From a virus (Duplodnaviria; Heunggongvirae; Uroviricota; Caudoviricetes), in the IMG/VR virus record IMGVR_UViG_2721755728_000002: a stretch of 55,396 bases of DNA; one strand, given 5' to 3'. Position numbers and translations under genes: made by a program. A model generated the notes under the pieces. That model saw nothing but the letters and a program-made list of their open reading frames with translations. It searched no databases and had not been told where the DNA came from. This document shows, in pieces, positions 29,931-39,626 of this stretch. The first letter of the stretch is position 1. Every line of letters starts with the position of its first letter.

Positions 29931-30152
29931 ATGGCAAAGATCCGATATCTGCAGGGCACGCATGATGCCCGGGCCGGGGATATCCGTGATGTGGCACAGC
30001 CGTGTGCGGAGGTGCTGGTTCGCCTGGGGAAGGCGGAGTACATCACAGCGCGACGTCCGGCAGGTCAGAAAAAGAAACGTGATGCGGAGCATGGCGAATG
30101 TGGAACCTTTTGCGGCGAACCCGAAAAAACCAGAAATCAGGACGTGACGTAA
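29931..30152 (+). CDS. Possible small ORF between capsid and portal genes
   Basis: 73 aa ORF; weak RBS. Confidence 0.2.
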   Translation: MAKIRYLQGTHDARAGDIRDVAQPCAEVLVRLGKAEYITARRPAGQKKKRDAEHGECGTFCGEPEKTRNQDVT

Positions 30153-31462
30153 GAGAAGTGGGCTGGCGGTCCCTGTTTCAGGCGGTGGCTGAGCCTTTTG
30201 CCGGTGCCTGGCAGCAGGGTGTGAAAGCCGATCCGGAAACCGTTTTGTCCTTTCACGCGGTGTTTTCATGCATTTCGCTGATATCCCAGGATATTGCCAA
30301 AATGCGGCTTCGCCTGATGCAGACTGATGTACAGGGAATACGCCGGGAAAAGCGGCAGGGAGATACTGCCCGTCTCTGTCGTCGTCCTAATGCGCAGCAG
30401 AATCGCATCCAGTTTTTTGAACTGTGGCTGAATTCCAAATTGCGTCACGGCAATACGGTGGTGCTGAAAATCCGCAACCCCCGGGGGCAGATCAAAGAAC
30501 TGCGTATTCTGGACTGGAACCGGGTTGAACCTCTGGTGGCGGATGACGGCGACGTGTTCTACCGCATCACGCCGGACCGGAACTGTGGGATCACAGAGTC
30601 GGTGACGGTGCCTGCCCGGGAGGTGATCCACGACCGTTTTAACTGTTTTTTTCATCCGCTTGTGGGGCTGCCGCCGGTGTATGCCGCAGGACTGGCCGCC
30701 ATGCAGGGGCATCATATTCAGGCAAATTCGACGTATTTTTTCAGAAATGGCGGGCGACCATCAGGCGTGATTGAGGTCCCCGGCAGTATTACGGAAGAAA
30801 ACGCGAAAAAACTGAAGGGGAACTGGGACAGCGGATATACGGGCGAAAATGCCGGGAAGACGGCCATACTGAGCAACGGGGCAAAATACAGCCCCACGAC
30901 GTTTTCACCGGTGGATGCGCAGACGGTGGAACAACTGAAAATGACGGCTGAAATTGTCTGTTCGGTGTTCCGTGTCCCGGCCTACAAGATTGGCGTTGGC
31001 CACCCGCCTTCCAGTGACAACGTGGAGGCGCTGGAGCAGCAGTATTATTCCCAGTGTCTGCAGACGCTGATTGAGTCCATTGAGCTGTTACTGGATGAGG
31101 CGCTGGAAACGGGGGAAAACGAGAGCACGGAGTTTGACGTCACCACGCTGCTGAGAATGGACAGCGAACGGCGCATGAAAACACTGGGTGAATCGGTGAA
31201 AAATACGCTTCTCACGCCCAATGAGGCCCGTAAACGTGAGAACCTGCCGCCCCTTGCCGGCGGTGATGCACTGTATCTTCAGCAGCAGAACTACAGTCTG
31301 GAGGCGCTGTCCCGTCGTGATGCCCGTGAGGACCCGTTCGCGTCGGCCGGGAAAACAGTTTCAGCACAACTGCCTGACGGCGCATCTGACGGTAATAAGG
31401 CAATCAGTGAAACAGAGCATGATGCAGTGAAAGCGATGTTCAGGGGGATACTGAGAAAATGA
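30098..31462 (+). CDS. Portal protein (HK97 family)
   Basis: Portal-like sequence (FFRNGGRPSGVIEV..., LKGNWDSGYTGENAGKTAIL..., FRVPAYKIGVG); alternative GTG start at 30158. Confidence 0.75.
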   Translation: MWNLLRRTRKNQKSGRDVREVGWRSLFQAVAEPFAGAWQQGVKADPETVLSFHAVFSCISLISQDIAKMRLRLMQTDVQGIRREKRQGDTARLCRRPNAQQNRIQFFELWLNSKLRHGNTVVLKIRNPRGQIKELRILDWNRVEPLVADDGDVFYRITPDRNCGITESVTVPAREVIHDRFNCFFHPLVGLPPVYAAGLAAMQGHHIQANSTYFFRNGGRPSGVIEVPGSITEENAKKLKGNWDSGYTGENAGKTAILSNGAKYSPTTFSPVDAQTVEQLKMTAEIVCSVFRVPAYKIGVGHPPSSDNVEALEQQYYSQCLQTLIESIELLLDEALETGENESTEFDVTTLLRMDSERRMKTLGESVKNTLLTPNEARKRENLPPLAGGDALYLQQQNYSLEALSRRDAREDPFASAGKTVSAQLPDGASDGNKAISETEHDAVKAMFRGILRK

Positions 31463-32358
31463 CGGAACGGGAACTGTCCATTATTCGTGCACTGGGCGAA
31501 GAATTCTCCACGGTGCTGGCGGATTTACAGCGCACATTTGAGGGGAAGATGGCCGCGCAGGCACAAGCGTTTGAAGAGAAACTGGCTTCCCTGTCGGCGG
31601 TATTACAGAAGCATGTGACGGTGGATGAGGTACATCCGGTTCTGCAGGCGATGGTGGATGACGCTGTGGGGACCATTCCGGTACCGCGTGATGGTCGTGA
31701 TTATGATCCGGATGTACTGCAGCAGGCGGTGAATGATGCGGTTGCGAATATTCCGGTACCGGCGGACGGCAAAAGTATCACCCCCGATGATGTGCGTCCG
31801 ATGCTTGAGCAGATGGTGAAAGAGGCCGTAAGCCATATCCCTGCTCCGCGTGATGGTCGTGATTACGATCCGGAAGTACTGAAGCAGGCGGTTCTGGAGG
31901 CGGTGAATGCCCTTCCGGCTCCGCAGGACGGGCGTGATGCCACGGCACTGGAAGTGCTCCCCGCTATTGACGATCAAAAATCCTTTCCCCGGGGCACGTA
32001 TGCCACACACCTGGGTGGACTCTGGCGGGCGTATGAAAAAACGCACGGGATGCGGGGATGGGAATGCCTGGTTGACGGGGTGGCGGATATCGACGTCAGC
32101 ATGACGGATGAGCGGTTGTTCTCTGTGGTGATCCGGCAGAGCAGTGGCCAGTGTACGGAAAAAACATTTTCCCTGCCGGTGATGCTCTACCGCGGTGTGT
32201 TCAGAGCCGGTGAAACCTACCACCCCGGCGATACGGTGACGTGGGGGGGCTCGCTGTGGCACTGCAACAGTATGACCGGTGATAAACCCGGAGAAGCTCA
32301 TTCATCAGGCTGGACCCTGGCTGCAAAACGTGGACGGGATGCAGGAGGCGGAAAATGA
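31459..32358 (+). CDS. Head-associated protein with internal ~30-aa tandem repeats
   Basis: Repeats such as IPVPRDGRDYDPDVLQQAVNDAV / IPAPRDGRDYDPEVLKQAVLEAV. Confidence 0.55.
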   Translation: MTERELSIIRALGEEFSTVLADLQRTFEGKMAAQAQAFEEKLASLSAVLQKHVTVDEVHPVLQAMVDDAVGTIPVPRDGRDYDPDVLQQAVNDAVANIPVPADGKSITPDDVRPMLEQMVKEAVSHIPAPRDGRDYDPEVLKQAVLEAVNALPAPQDGRDATALEVLPAIDDQKSFPRGTYATHLGGLWRAYEKTHGMRGWECLVDGVADIDVSMTDERLFSVVIRQSSGQCTEKTFSLPVMLYRGVFRAGETYHPGDTVTWGGSLWHCNSMTGDKPGEAHSSGWTLAAKRGRDAGGGK

Positions 32359-32681
32359 CGGCATTACTGACACTGGAAGAGATCAAGGCACATCTGCGTG
32401 TTGACCATGACGCGGATGATGACATGCTGATGGACAAGGTTCGTCAGGCTACCGCCGTGCTGCTGGCCTACATTCAGGGCAGCCGGGATAAAGTGATTCG
32501 TGAGGACGGTGAGCTGATCCCGGGCGAGGCATTAACCCGGATGAAGGGGGCTGCCATGCGACTGACCGGGATGCTGTACCGGAATCCGGATCTTGCTGAG
32601 CGGGAAGACCTCGTGCAGGGGGAACTGCCGTTTTCTGTGTCCGTGCTGATTTACGATTTGCGTTGTCCGACGGTGTTATGA
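32355..32681 (+). CDS. Head-tail connector protein (gp6-like)
   Basis: 108 aa; LTLEEIKAHLRVDHDADDDML N-terminus. Confidence 0.7.
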   Translation: MTALLTLEEIKAHLRVDHDADDDMLMDKVRQATAVLLAYIQGSRDKVIREDGELIPGEALTRMKGAAMRLTGMLYRNPDLAEREDLVQGELPFSVSVLIYDLRCPTVL

Positions 32682-32691
32682 GGAGGGAGGA

Positions 32692-33042
32692 ATGGCAATA
32701 TCTGCAGGTCGTCTGACACAGATGATAAGTGTTCTGAACCCGGTGTTAACCCGTAATGCTGCCGGAGAAATGACGGAAGAATGGGTGTCATGCGGGAAAA
32801 TTCATGCGGATATCCGTGGCAGGAGCAGCCGGGAGCGGATGCAGGCCGGTGCGGAAATGGCGCAGGCGGAAATCCGCATCTGGGTGCGCGGTCAGTCCGG
32901 CCGGGAAATCACGGCAGCGTCACGACTTCATGTGCTGAGTGGTCCATGGCGTGACCGGATCCTGAACGTTGTCGGGCTGCCCGTGCCGGATGCGACCGGC
33001 GGGCGTCTGGAAATTCTCTGTCGGCTGGGAGGGGAAAAATGA
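32692..33042 (+). CDS. Head-tail adaptor / head closure protein
   Basis: 116 aa; position and size in the head-tail joining block. Confidence 0.65.
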   Translation: MAISAGRLTQMISVLNPVLTRNAAGEMTEEWVSCGKIHADIRGRSSRERMQAGAEMAQAEIRIWVRGQSGREITAASRLHVLSGPWRDRILNVVGLPVPDATGGRLEILCRLGGEK

Positions 33043-33485
33043 TCGAAACCCTGCTGGATTTTTCGGGGCTGGAGGACATCAGCCGCGATTTGCAGCTTCT
33101 CAGTGGTGCAGAAAATAACCGGGTGCTGCGTGAGGCAACCCGTGCGGGTGCGAATGTGCTGAAAGAAGAAGTGGTGTCACGGGCACCGGTACGCAGGGGA
33201 AAACTGCGCCGCAATGTGGTGGTCCTTTCCCGGCGCTCCCGCGATGGCGGGATGGAATCCGGTGTGCATATCCGGGGTGTTAATCCGGACACCGGTAACA
33301 GCGATAACACCATGAAGGCGGATAACCCGCGCAACGCTTTCTACTGGCGGTTTGTGGAAATGGGGACCGTGAATATGCCACCGCACCCGTTTGTGCGTCC
33401 GGCGTTTGATGTGCGCAGTGAACAGGCAGCGCAAGTGGCGATTGCTCGGATGAACCGGGCCATTGATGAGGTACTGAGACGATGA
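33039..33485 (+). CDS. HK97 gp10-like tail component
   Basis: 148 aa; overlaps neighbours by 4 nt. Confidence 0.65.
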   Translation: MIETLLDFSGLEDISRDLQLLSGAENNRVLREATRAGANVLKEEVVSRAPVRRGKLRRNVVVLSRRSRDGGMESGVHIRGVNPDTGNSDNTMKADNPRNAFYWRFVEMGTVNMPPHPFVRPAFDVRSEQAAQVAIARMNRAIDEVLRR

Positions 33486-33826
33486 CGGAGGCGGATTTGT
33501 ATCCTCATCTGGCGCATCTTGCCGGCGGGCAGGTGTACCCGTATGTGGTCCCCCTGCTGGATGGCAGGCCGTCGGTGGCGCTTCCGTGGGTGGTTTTCAG
33601 CCTGATTTCATCGGTGTCTGCGGACGTGATGGGCGGGCAGGCGGAGTCCTCAGTGTCGGTGCAGATAGACGTTTATGCCGGGACTGTGACGCAGGCGCGT
33701 CAGATACGTCAGGACGCCCGTGAAGCCATAATGCTGCTGGCCCCGGGATCCGTCAGTGAAATGCAGGACTATATTCCGGAAAACCGCTGTTACCGTGCAA
33801 CCCTGGAGTTTCAGGTCACGGTGTGA
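33482..33826 (+). CDS. Tail completion protein (DUF3168-like)
   Basis: 114 aa; position before the major tail gene. Confidence 0.55.
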   Translation: MTEADLYPHLAHLAGGQVYPYVVPLLDGRPSVALPWVVFSLISSVSADVMGGQAESSVSVQIDVYAGTVTQARQIRQDAREAIMLLAPGSVSEMQDYIPENRCYRATLEFQVTV

Positions 33827-33892
33827 CTTTTTCTTTTTTTCTACAAAACCCATACCCCGCCGCGTGCGGGTTTTTTATTATCAGGAGGCAGA

Positions 33893-34609
33893 ATGTCTGC
33901 TTTGTATGAACGCTCACAGCTGACGCAGGTGATGATTTCATCTGCCCCGGCGACTGCTGAAACTATGGATAAGGCGGAATATCTGCGCCTGGACTGCACC
34001 ATCAAGGAAGTCCAGTTCACCGCCGGTCAGAAACAGGATATTGATGTGACCACGCTCTGCTCCACAGAGCAGGAGAACATCAACGGTCTGGGGGCGTCGT
34101 CCGAGATTTCCATGTCGGGTAATTTTTATCTGAATCAGGCCCAGAACGCCCTGCGTGATGCCTATGACAATGACACGGTGTATGCGTTTAAGGTGCAGTT
34201 TCCGTCCGGTAAGGGCTTTAAGTTCCTGGCGGAAGTGCGTCAGCACACCTGGTCATCCGGTACCAACGGCGTGGTGGCTGCAACGTTTTCACTTCGCCTG
34301 AAGGGTAAACCGGTGTCCTATGTGGTACCGCTGGCGTTTGTGAAAAATCTGGAGAAGACACTTACCGTGAATACCGGTGCGCTGCTGACAATGTCAGTCA
34401 GTGTCAACGGGGGAACGCCGCCTTATAAACACGCCTGGAAGAAGGATGGTCAGCCGGTAGAGGGACAGACTACTGACACTTTCAGTAAAGCCAATACGCA
34501 GTCAGGTGATAAGGGGGCTTATACCTGCGAGGTAACGGATTCTGCAGAACAGCCGCAGAGCATTACCTCTGATGCGTGTACAGTAACGGTTAATGGTGCG
34601 GGCGGATAA
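33893..34609 (+). CDS. Major tail protein with C-terminal Ig-like domain
   Basis: 238 aa; C-terminus resembles a bacterial Ig-like domain (AYTCEVTDSAEQPQSITSDACTVTV). Confidence 0.75.
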   Translation: MSALYERSQLTQVMISSAPATAETMDKAEYLRLDCTIKEVQFTAGQKQDIDVTTLCSTEQENINGLGASSEISMSGNFYLNQAQNALRDAYDNDTVYAFKVQFPSGKGFKFLAEVRQHTWSSGTNGVVAATFSLRLKGKPVSYVVPLAFVKNLEKTLTVNTGALLTMSVSVNGGTPPYKHAWKKDGQPVEGQTTDTFSKANTQSGDKGAYTCEVTDSAEQPQSITSDACTVTVNGAGG

Positions 34610-34614
34610 GGCTT

Positions 34615-34989
34615 ATGGCAAAAGATCTGAAAACACTGGCGCTGGCCAGACTGTCGGGGTTCCGTCATAAAACGGTGAAGGTGCCGGAATGGAGAAATGT
34701 CAGCGTGGTGCTGCGGGAGCCTTCGGCAGAGGCCTGGTATCTGTGGCAGGAAGTGCTCAATGGTGATGGAGAGGATGACGATACCCTGTCGGTGGTGGCG
34801 AAAACCCGCCGTAACCTGGAAGCGGATGTGACGCTGTTCTGCGATGTCCTGTGTGATACGGATCTGCAGCGGGTGTTCGCTCCGGACGACCGTGAGCAGG
34901 TGCTGGCCGTCTATGGTCCGGTACATGCCCGGTTGCTGCGTCAGGCACTGGAACTGATCGCTGATGCAGAGTCGGCCAGAAAAAAGTAG
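34615..34989 (+). CDS. Tail assembly chaperone (lambda G-like)
   Basis: 124 aa before the tape measure gene; ends at slippery A AAA AAG followed by TAG. Confidence 0.7.
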   Translation: MAKDLKTLALARLSGFRHKTVKVPEWRNVSVVLREPSAEAWYLWQEVLNGDGEDDDTLSVVAKTRRNLEADVTLFCDVLCDTDLQRVFAPDDREQVLAVYGPVHARLLRQALELIADAESARKK

Positions 34990-35294
34990 CCCGCCCGGAA
35001 ATTCGCTTTCTGATGCGACTTGCGCTCCGTCTGGGGCGCACCTTATCCGAACTGCGGCACAGCCTGAGTGTGAGCGAGGCGATGATGTGGATGGAGTTCG
35101 ACAGGGTATCCCCGCTGGGTGATGAGCGCGGGGATATCCGTAATGCACAGATCGTGAAAGCGGTTTTTGGGGCACAGGGGATGAATGTTGCACTGAAGGA
35201 CGCCATGCTCTGCTGGGGCGAGGATGAGGATAAGCCGGAGGTGGATCCGTTTGCGGCGCTGGAAGACGCGCTGAGCTTCGCAGCACAGTCATGA
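34615..35294 (+). CDS. Tail assembly chaperone fusion (GT-like) via programmed -1 frameshift
   Basis: Heptamer A AAA AAG at 34980-34986; the -1 frame continues open to 35294. Confidence 0.6.
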
Positions 35295-35341
35295 ATGATG
35301 AGAACCGCTGAGGCGGTTTTTTTACGCCCGGAGAAAGGTGA

Positions 35342-38300
35342 ATGGCGACGTTACGTGAACTGATTATCAAAATTTCGGCAAATTCGCAGTCATTCCAGTC
35401 GGAGATCCAGCGGGCTTCCCGCATGGGCAGTGAATATTACCGGACCCTGCAGAATGGCGGGCGTCAGGCTGCCGCAGTCGCCCGGGAGCAGCGACGCGCC
35501 CTGGCTGAGCTGAACAGCCAGTTGACGGAAATCCGCGCTTCAGCTGCCGGAACGGCGGGGGCATTTGCAGGTGCCTTTGCCACCGGACACCTGATTTCTC
35601 TGGCCGATGAATGGAGTTCCGTGAATGCCCGACTGAAACAGGCGTCGCAGTCATCCGATGAATTTTCGTCATCACAGAAAGTGCTGATGGATATCAGCCA
35701 GCGGACGGGCACGGCATTTTCAGATAATGCGGCCCTGTTTGCCCGCTCGGCAGCCTCAATGCGTGAATATGGTTACAGTGCTGATGATGTGCTGAAGGTG
35801 ACGGAGGCCATTTCCACGGGGCTGAAAATCTCCGGTGCCAGTACGGCAGAGGCGGGCTCGGTGATCACCCAGTTCAGCCAGGCGCTGGCACAGGGTGTGT
35901 TACGCGGTGAGGAATTTAATTCGGTCAATGAAAGCGGAGACCGGATCGTACGTGCACTGGCTGCGGGTATGGGCGTGGCCCGTAAAGACCTTAAGGCGAT
36001 GGCGGACGACGGCAAACTGACGGCGGATAAAGTCGTTCCTGCGTTAATCAGCCAGCTGGGGGTATTGCGTGATGAATATGCCGCCATGCCGGAAACGGTT
36101 TCCAGTAGTATCACGAAGGTGGAAAACGCCTTTATGGCCTGGGTGGGCGGTGCGAATGAGGCCAGCGGGGTGACGAAAACGCTCTCCGGCGTGCTGAACG
36201 GTGTTGCCGGACAGATTGATAATGTGGCAACAGCCGTGGGGGCACTGGTTGCCGTCGGGGGTGCCCGGTACTTTGGCAATATGGCCTCCGGAGCGATGTC
36301 TGCCACGGCAGGACTTGTGACGGCTGCACGTAATGAAGTTGCACTGGCGGAAGCACAGTTCAGGGGAACGCAGATTGCCACGGCGCGGGCAAGGGCAGCC
36401 GTGTACCGTGCACAGCAGGCTGTGGCGGCAGCCCGCGGGACGGAGATGCAGATTGCTGCAGAAGCCCGTCTGGCGGCCACACAGGAACGCCTGAACAGAA
36501 ATATTGCTGCCAGAACCGCAGCCCAGAATGAGCTGAACAGTACAACGGCGGTGGGCTCACGTCTGATGACTGGTGCGTTGGGACTGGTTGGTGGCGTACC
36601 CGGACTGGTGATGCTGGGGGCAGCAGCATGGTATACGCTGTACCAGAATCAGGAGCAGGCCAGGGAGTCAGCGCGCCAGTATGCACTGACGATAGATGAA
36701 ATCGCGCATAAAACGCCGTCAATGTCTCTGCCTGAAGCCTCAGATAATGAAGGACGAACACGGGCGGCGCTGGCAGAGCAGAACCGGCTGATTGATGAAC
36801 AGGCCAGCCGGGTGAAATCCCTGCAGGAAAAAATCGCTGGATATCAGTATGTTCTGGCTAACCCTGGCTGGACAACCGGTGACGGATTCATGATAAACCA
36901 TCTGACATCGGTGAAGACCGTGACGGAAGGGCTTTCTCAGGCAACAGAGCAGCTTGCCGTTGAGCAGTCCCGTCTGGCACAGATGCAGGAAAAAGTGCAG
37001 TCCATTCAGGATGTGCTTGCCGGGCTGGAAGACCGTCGTGTGGCGTTAATTCGTCAGCAGGCGGCAGAGCAGAATAAGGTGTACCAGTCCATGCTGGTTA
37101 TGAACGGTCAGCATACGGAATTCAACCGTCTGCTGGGGCTGGGGAATGAACTGCTTCAGCAGCGTCAGGGACTGGTGAATGTACCGTTACGGCTGCCGCA
37201 GGCCACCCTGGATGATAAACAGCAGAGCGCCCTGACAAAAACAGAACGTGAGCTGGCCCTGTCCCGACTGAAGGGGGAGGAAAAAGAGCGTGCCCGGCTG
37301 GGGTATGCGGCGGATGACCTTGGTTTTGTGGGGGATTCGTATCAGGAGGCGAGACAGCGTTATATCAGTAATGCTCTGGAAGCCTGGCGTAATAACGAGG
37401 CGAACAAACCTAAATCCCGGGGTAGAAAATCAGAGACGGAAAAAGCGGAAGACAGTTTTTCCCGGCTACTGAAGCAGCAGAAAGAGCAACTGGCACTGGC
37501 GGGTCAGAATACAGAGCTGGCGAAGCTGAAGTACCAGACTGCGCAGGGCGAACTGAAAACCCTGACGGAGATGCAGAAGCAGGAACTGCTGCGTAACGCG
37601 GCCCTGATTGACCAGCAAAAAATCCGGGAACAGTTGCGATCCCGGGAAGAGACCCTGAAGAATGATAATGTGGCTGCGCGTGCATCAAATGAAGCCGAAC
37701 TGCTGGGATACGGGCAGGGAGAACGAGCCAGGGAACGCATGCGGGAGTTGCAGCAGATCCGCGACAGCTTCCGCCAGAAGGATGCGGACCTTCAGTCTCA
37801 GTATCAGACCGGGGATATCAGTGAGGATTTTTACAGACAGGCACGGGCACAGAACGCGCAGTATCTGAGCGAACGCCTTAAGGACCAGGCAGCCTTTTAT
37901 GCCGAATCGGATGCGCAGCGTGCGGACTGGCAGAAAGGCTTGCAGGAGGGGCTCAGTAACTGGGTGGACAATGCATCCGATTACGCTTCACAGGCAGCAC
38001 AGCTTGCGACGGAGGGTATCTCAGGGATGGTGAATAACATCACGGAGATGCTGAACGGAAACAAAGTGGAATGGCGCAACTGGGCCTCATCCGTACTGCA
38101 GGAAATCTCAAAAGTTCTTATGAATGCCGCGATTGTCAACGGAATTAAGACGGCGGCAAACGGTATGTCCGGTGCGGGAGGATTTATTGGCAGCATTGGT
38201 GACTGGCTGGGCGGTGCGGTGGCCAATGCAAAAGGCGGCGTGTATACCTCGGCAAACCTGAGTGCGTACAGCAACAGCATTGTGGACACGCCCACGTACT

Positions 38301-38584
38301 TTGCGTTTGCAAAAGGGGCCGGGCTGATGGGGGAAGCCGGACCTGAAGCCATTATGCCCCTGACCCGGGCGGCGGATGGCTCGCTGGGCGTACGCGCGGT
38401 GGGCAGTATGAACGGCAGTGCCGGTCTGGTGTATTCCCCGGTCTACCACATCGCCATTCAGAATGACGGGGCTAACGGACAGATAGGGGCGGAGGCGGCA
38501 GGCAGTCTTGTGCAGCTGATTGACCAGCGGGTGCAGGCGGTGATGCTGTCCATGCGACGTGACGGAGGAATGCTGAGTGGCTGA
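35342..38584 (+). CDS. Tail tape measure protein
   Basis: 1080 aa, coiled-coil-rich; position between G/GT and M. Confidence 0.9.
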   Translation: MATLRELIIKISANSQSFQSEIQRASRMGSEYYRTLQNGGRQAAAVAREQRRALAELNSQLTEIRASAAGTAGAFAGAFATGHLISLADEWSSVNARLKQASQSSDEFSSSQKVLMDISQRTGTAFSDNAALFARSAASMREYGYSADDVLKVTEAISTGLKISGASTAEAGSVITQFSQALAQGVLRGEEFNSVNESGDRIVRALAAGMGVARKDLKAMADDGKLTADKVVPALISQLGVLRDEYAAMPETVSSSITKVENAFMAWVGGANEASGVTKTLSGVLNGVAGQIDNVATAVGALVAVGGARYFGNMASGAMSATAGLVTAARNEVALAEAQFRGTQIATARARAAVYRAQQAVAAARGTEMQIAAEARLAATQERLNRNIAARTAAQNELNSTTAVGSRLMTGALGLVGGVPGLVMLGAAAWYTLYQNQEQARESARQYALTIDEIAHKTPSMSLPEASDNEGRTRAALAEQNRLIDEQASRVKSLQEKIAGYQYVLANPGWTTGDGFMINHLTSVKTVTEGLSQATEQLAVEQSRLAQMQEKVQSIQDVLAGLEDRRVALIRQQAAEQNKVYQSMLVMNGQHTEFNRLLGLGNELLQQRQGLVNVPLRLPQATLDDKQQSALTKTERELALSRLKGEEKERARLGYAADDLGFVGDSYQEARQRYISNALEAWRNNEANKPKSRGRKSETEKAEDSFSRLLKQQKEQLALAGQNTELAKLKYQTAQGELKTLTEMQKQELLRNAALIDQQKIREQLRSREETLKNDNVAARASNEAELLGYGQGERARERMRELQQIRDSFRQKDADLQSQYQTGDISEDFYRQARAQNAQYLSERLKDQAAFYAESDAQRADWQKGLQEGLSNWVDNASDYASQAAQLATEGISGMVNNITEMLNGNKVEWRNWASSVLQEISKVLMNAAIVNGIKTAANGMSGAGGFIGSIGDWLGGAVANAKGGVYTSANLSAYSNSIVDTPTYFAFAKGAGLMGEAGPEAIMPLTRAADGSLGVRAVGSMNGSAGLVYSPVYHIAIQNDGANGQIGAEAAGSLVQLIDQRVQAVMLSMRRDGGMLSG

Positions 38585-38918
38585 GATAAAAACGCTGCAT
38601 CTGGTCCCGCGTGAAGGGATGCAGGTGAGTGAGAAACCGTCGGTGGTGAGGGTTCGGTTTGGTGACGGTTATGAACAGCGCCGACCGACGGGACTTAATG
38701 CCAGACTGAAGACGTTTCAGGCGGTGTTCCGGGTGACGGATGAACCAACCCGGCGCTGGCTGGATGAATTTTTATCCTGGCATGGTGGTTACCGTGCCTT
38801 TTTGTGGCGACCGCCGAAACATAACCGGACGGTGAGGGTGGTGTGCCGGGAGTGGAGCGTCACAGATAACGCCAGGTACAGTGATTTCAGTTGTACGATT
38901 GAGCAGGTGGTGAACTGA
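38577..38918 (+). CDS. M: Minor tail protein M
   Basis: 113 aa; position after the tape measure gene. Confidence 0.8.
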   Translation: MAEIKTLHLVPREGMQVSEKPSVVRVRFGDGYEQRRPTGLNARLKTFQAVFRVTDEPTRRWLDEFLSWHGGYRAFLWRPPKHNRTVRVVCREWSVTDNARYSDFSCTIEQVVN

Positions 38919-39616
38919 TGCAGGATATTCGCGAAGAAAGTCTGAACGAGTCGGTTAAGTCAGAGCAGTCACCGCGGGTGGTACTCTGGGAAATCGACCT
39001 GACGGTACAGGGTGGTGAGCGGTATTTTTTCTGTAATGAGCTGAATGAAAAAGGGGAGCCGGTCACCTGGCAGGGGCGTAAGTATGAGGCATACCCGATT
39101 GACGGCAGCGGCTTTGAGATGAACGGCCGGGGCAGCAGTGCCCGCCCGTCGCTGACGGTGTCCAATCTGTTTGGCCTTGTCACCGGGATGGCGGAGGACC
39201 TGCAGAGTCTGGTGGGGGCCACGGTGGTCCGCCGCCGGGTGTATGCCCGTTTTCTGGATGCGGTGAATTTCGTTGCGGGCAATCCGGAGGCGGACCCGGA
39301 GCAGGAGCTGAGTGACCGCTGGGTGGTGGAGCAGATGTCGCAGCTGACAGCCATGACGGCCTCGTTTGTGCTGGCTACACCGACCGAGACGGATGGGGCG
39401 CTGTTTCCCGGTCGCATCATGCTGGCGAACACCTGTATGTGGGATTACCGGGGAGATGAATGCGGGTATAACGGTCCTGCGGTGGCGGATGAGTTCGACA
39501 ACCCCACCACGGATATCCGTAAGGACAGATGCAGCAAGTGCATGCGCGGGTGTGAACTGCGCAGGAATGTCGGCAATTTTGGCGGTTTCCTTTCCATTAA
39601 TAAACTTTCGCAGTAA
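38918..39616 (+). CDS. L: Minor tail protein L
   Basis: 232 aa; conserved Cys cluster (CMWDYRGDECGY...CSKCMRGC). Confidence 0.85.
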   Translation: MQDIREESLNESVKSEQSPRVVLWEIDLTVQGGERYFFCNELNEKGEPVTWQGRKYEAYPIDGSGFEMNGRGSSARPSLTVSNLFGLVTGMAEDLQSLVGATVVRRRVYARFLDAVNFVAGNPEADPEQELSDRWVVEQMSQLTAMTASFVLATPTETDGALFPGRIMLANTCMWDYRGDECGYNGPAVADEFDNPTTDIRKDRCSKCMRGCELRRNVGNFGGFLSINKLSQ

Positions 39617-39626
39617 ATCCCGGTTT

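Noticed and set aside
35773-36480. Long antisense ORFs inside the tape measure gene and other large GC-rich genes (for example 42886-43962, 46314-47093, 49078-49947)
   Set aside because: Typical antisense open frames in high-GC coding sequence; no RBS and complete overlap with strongly supported genes.
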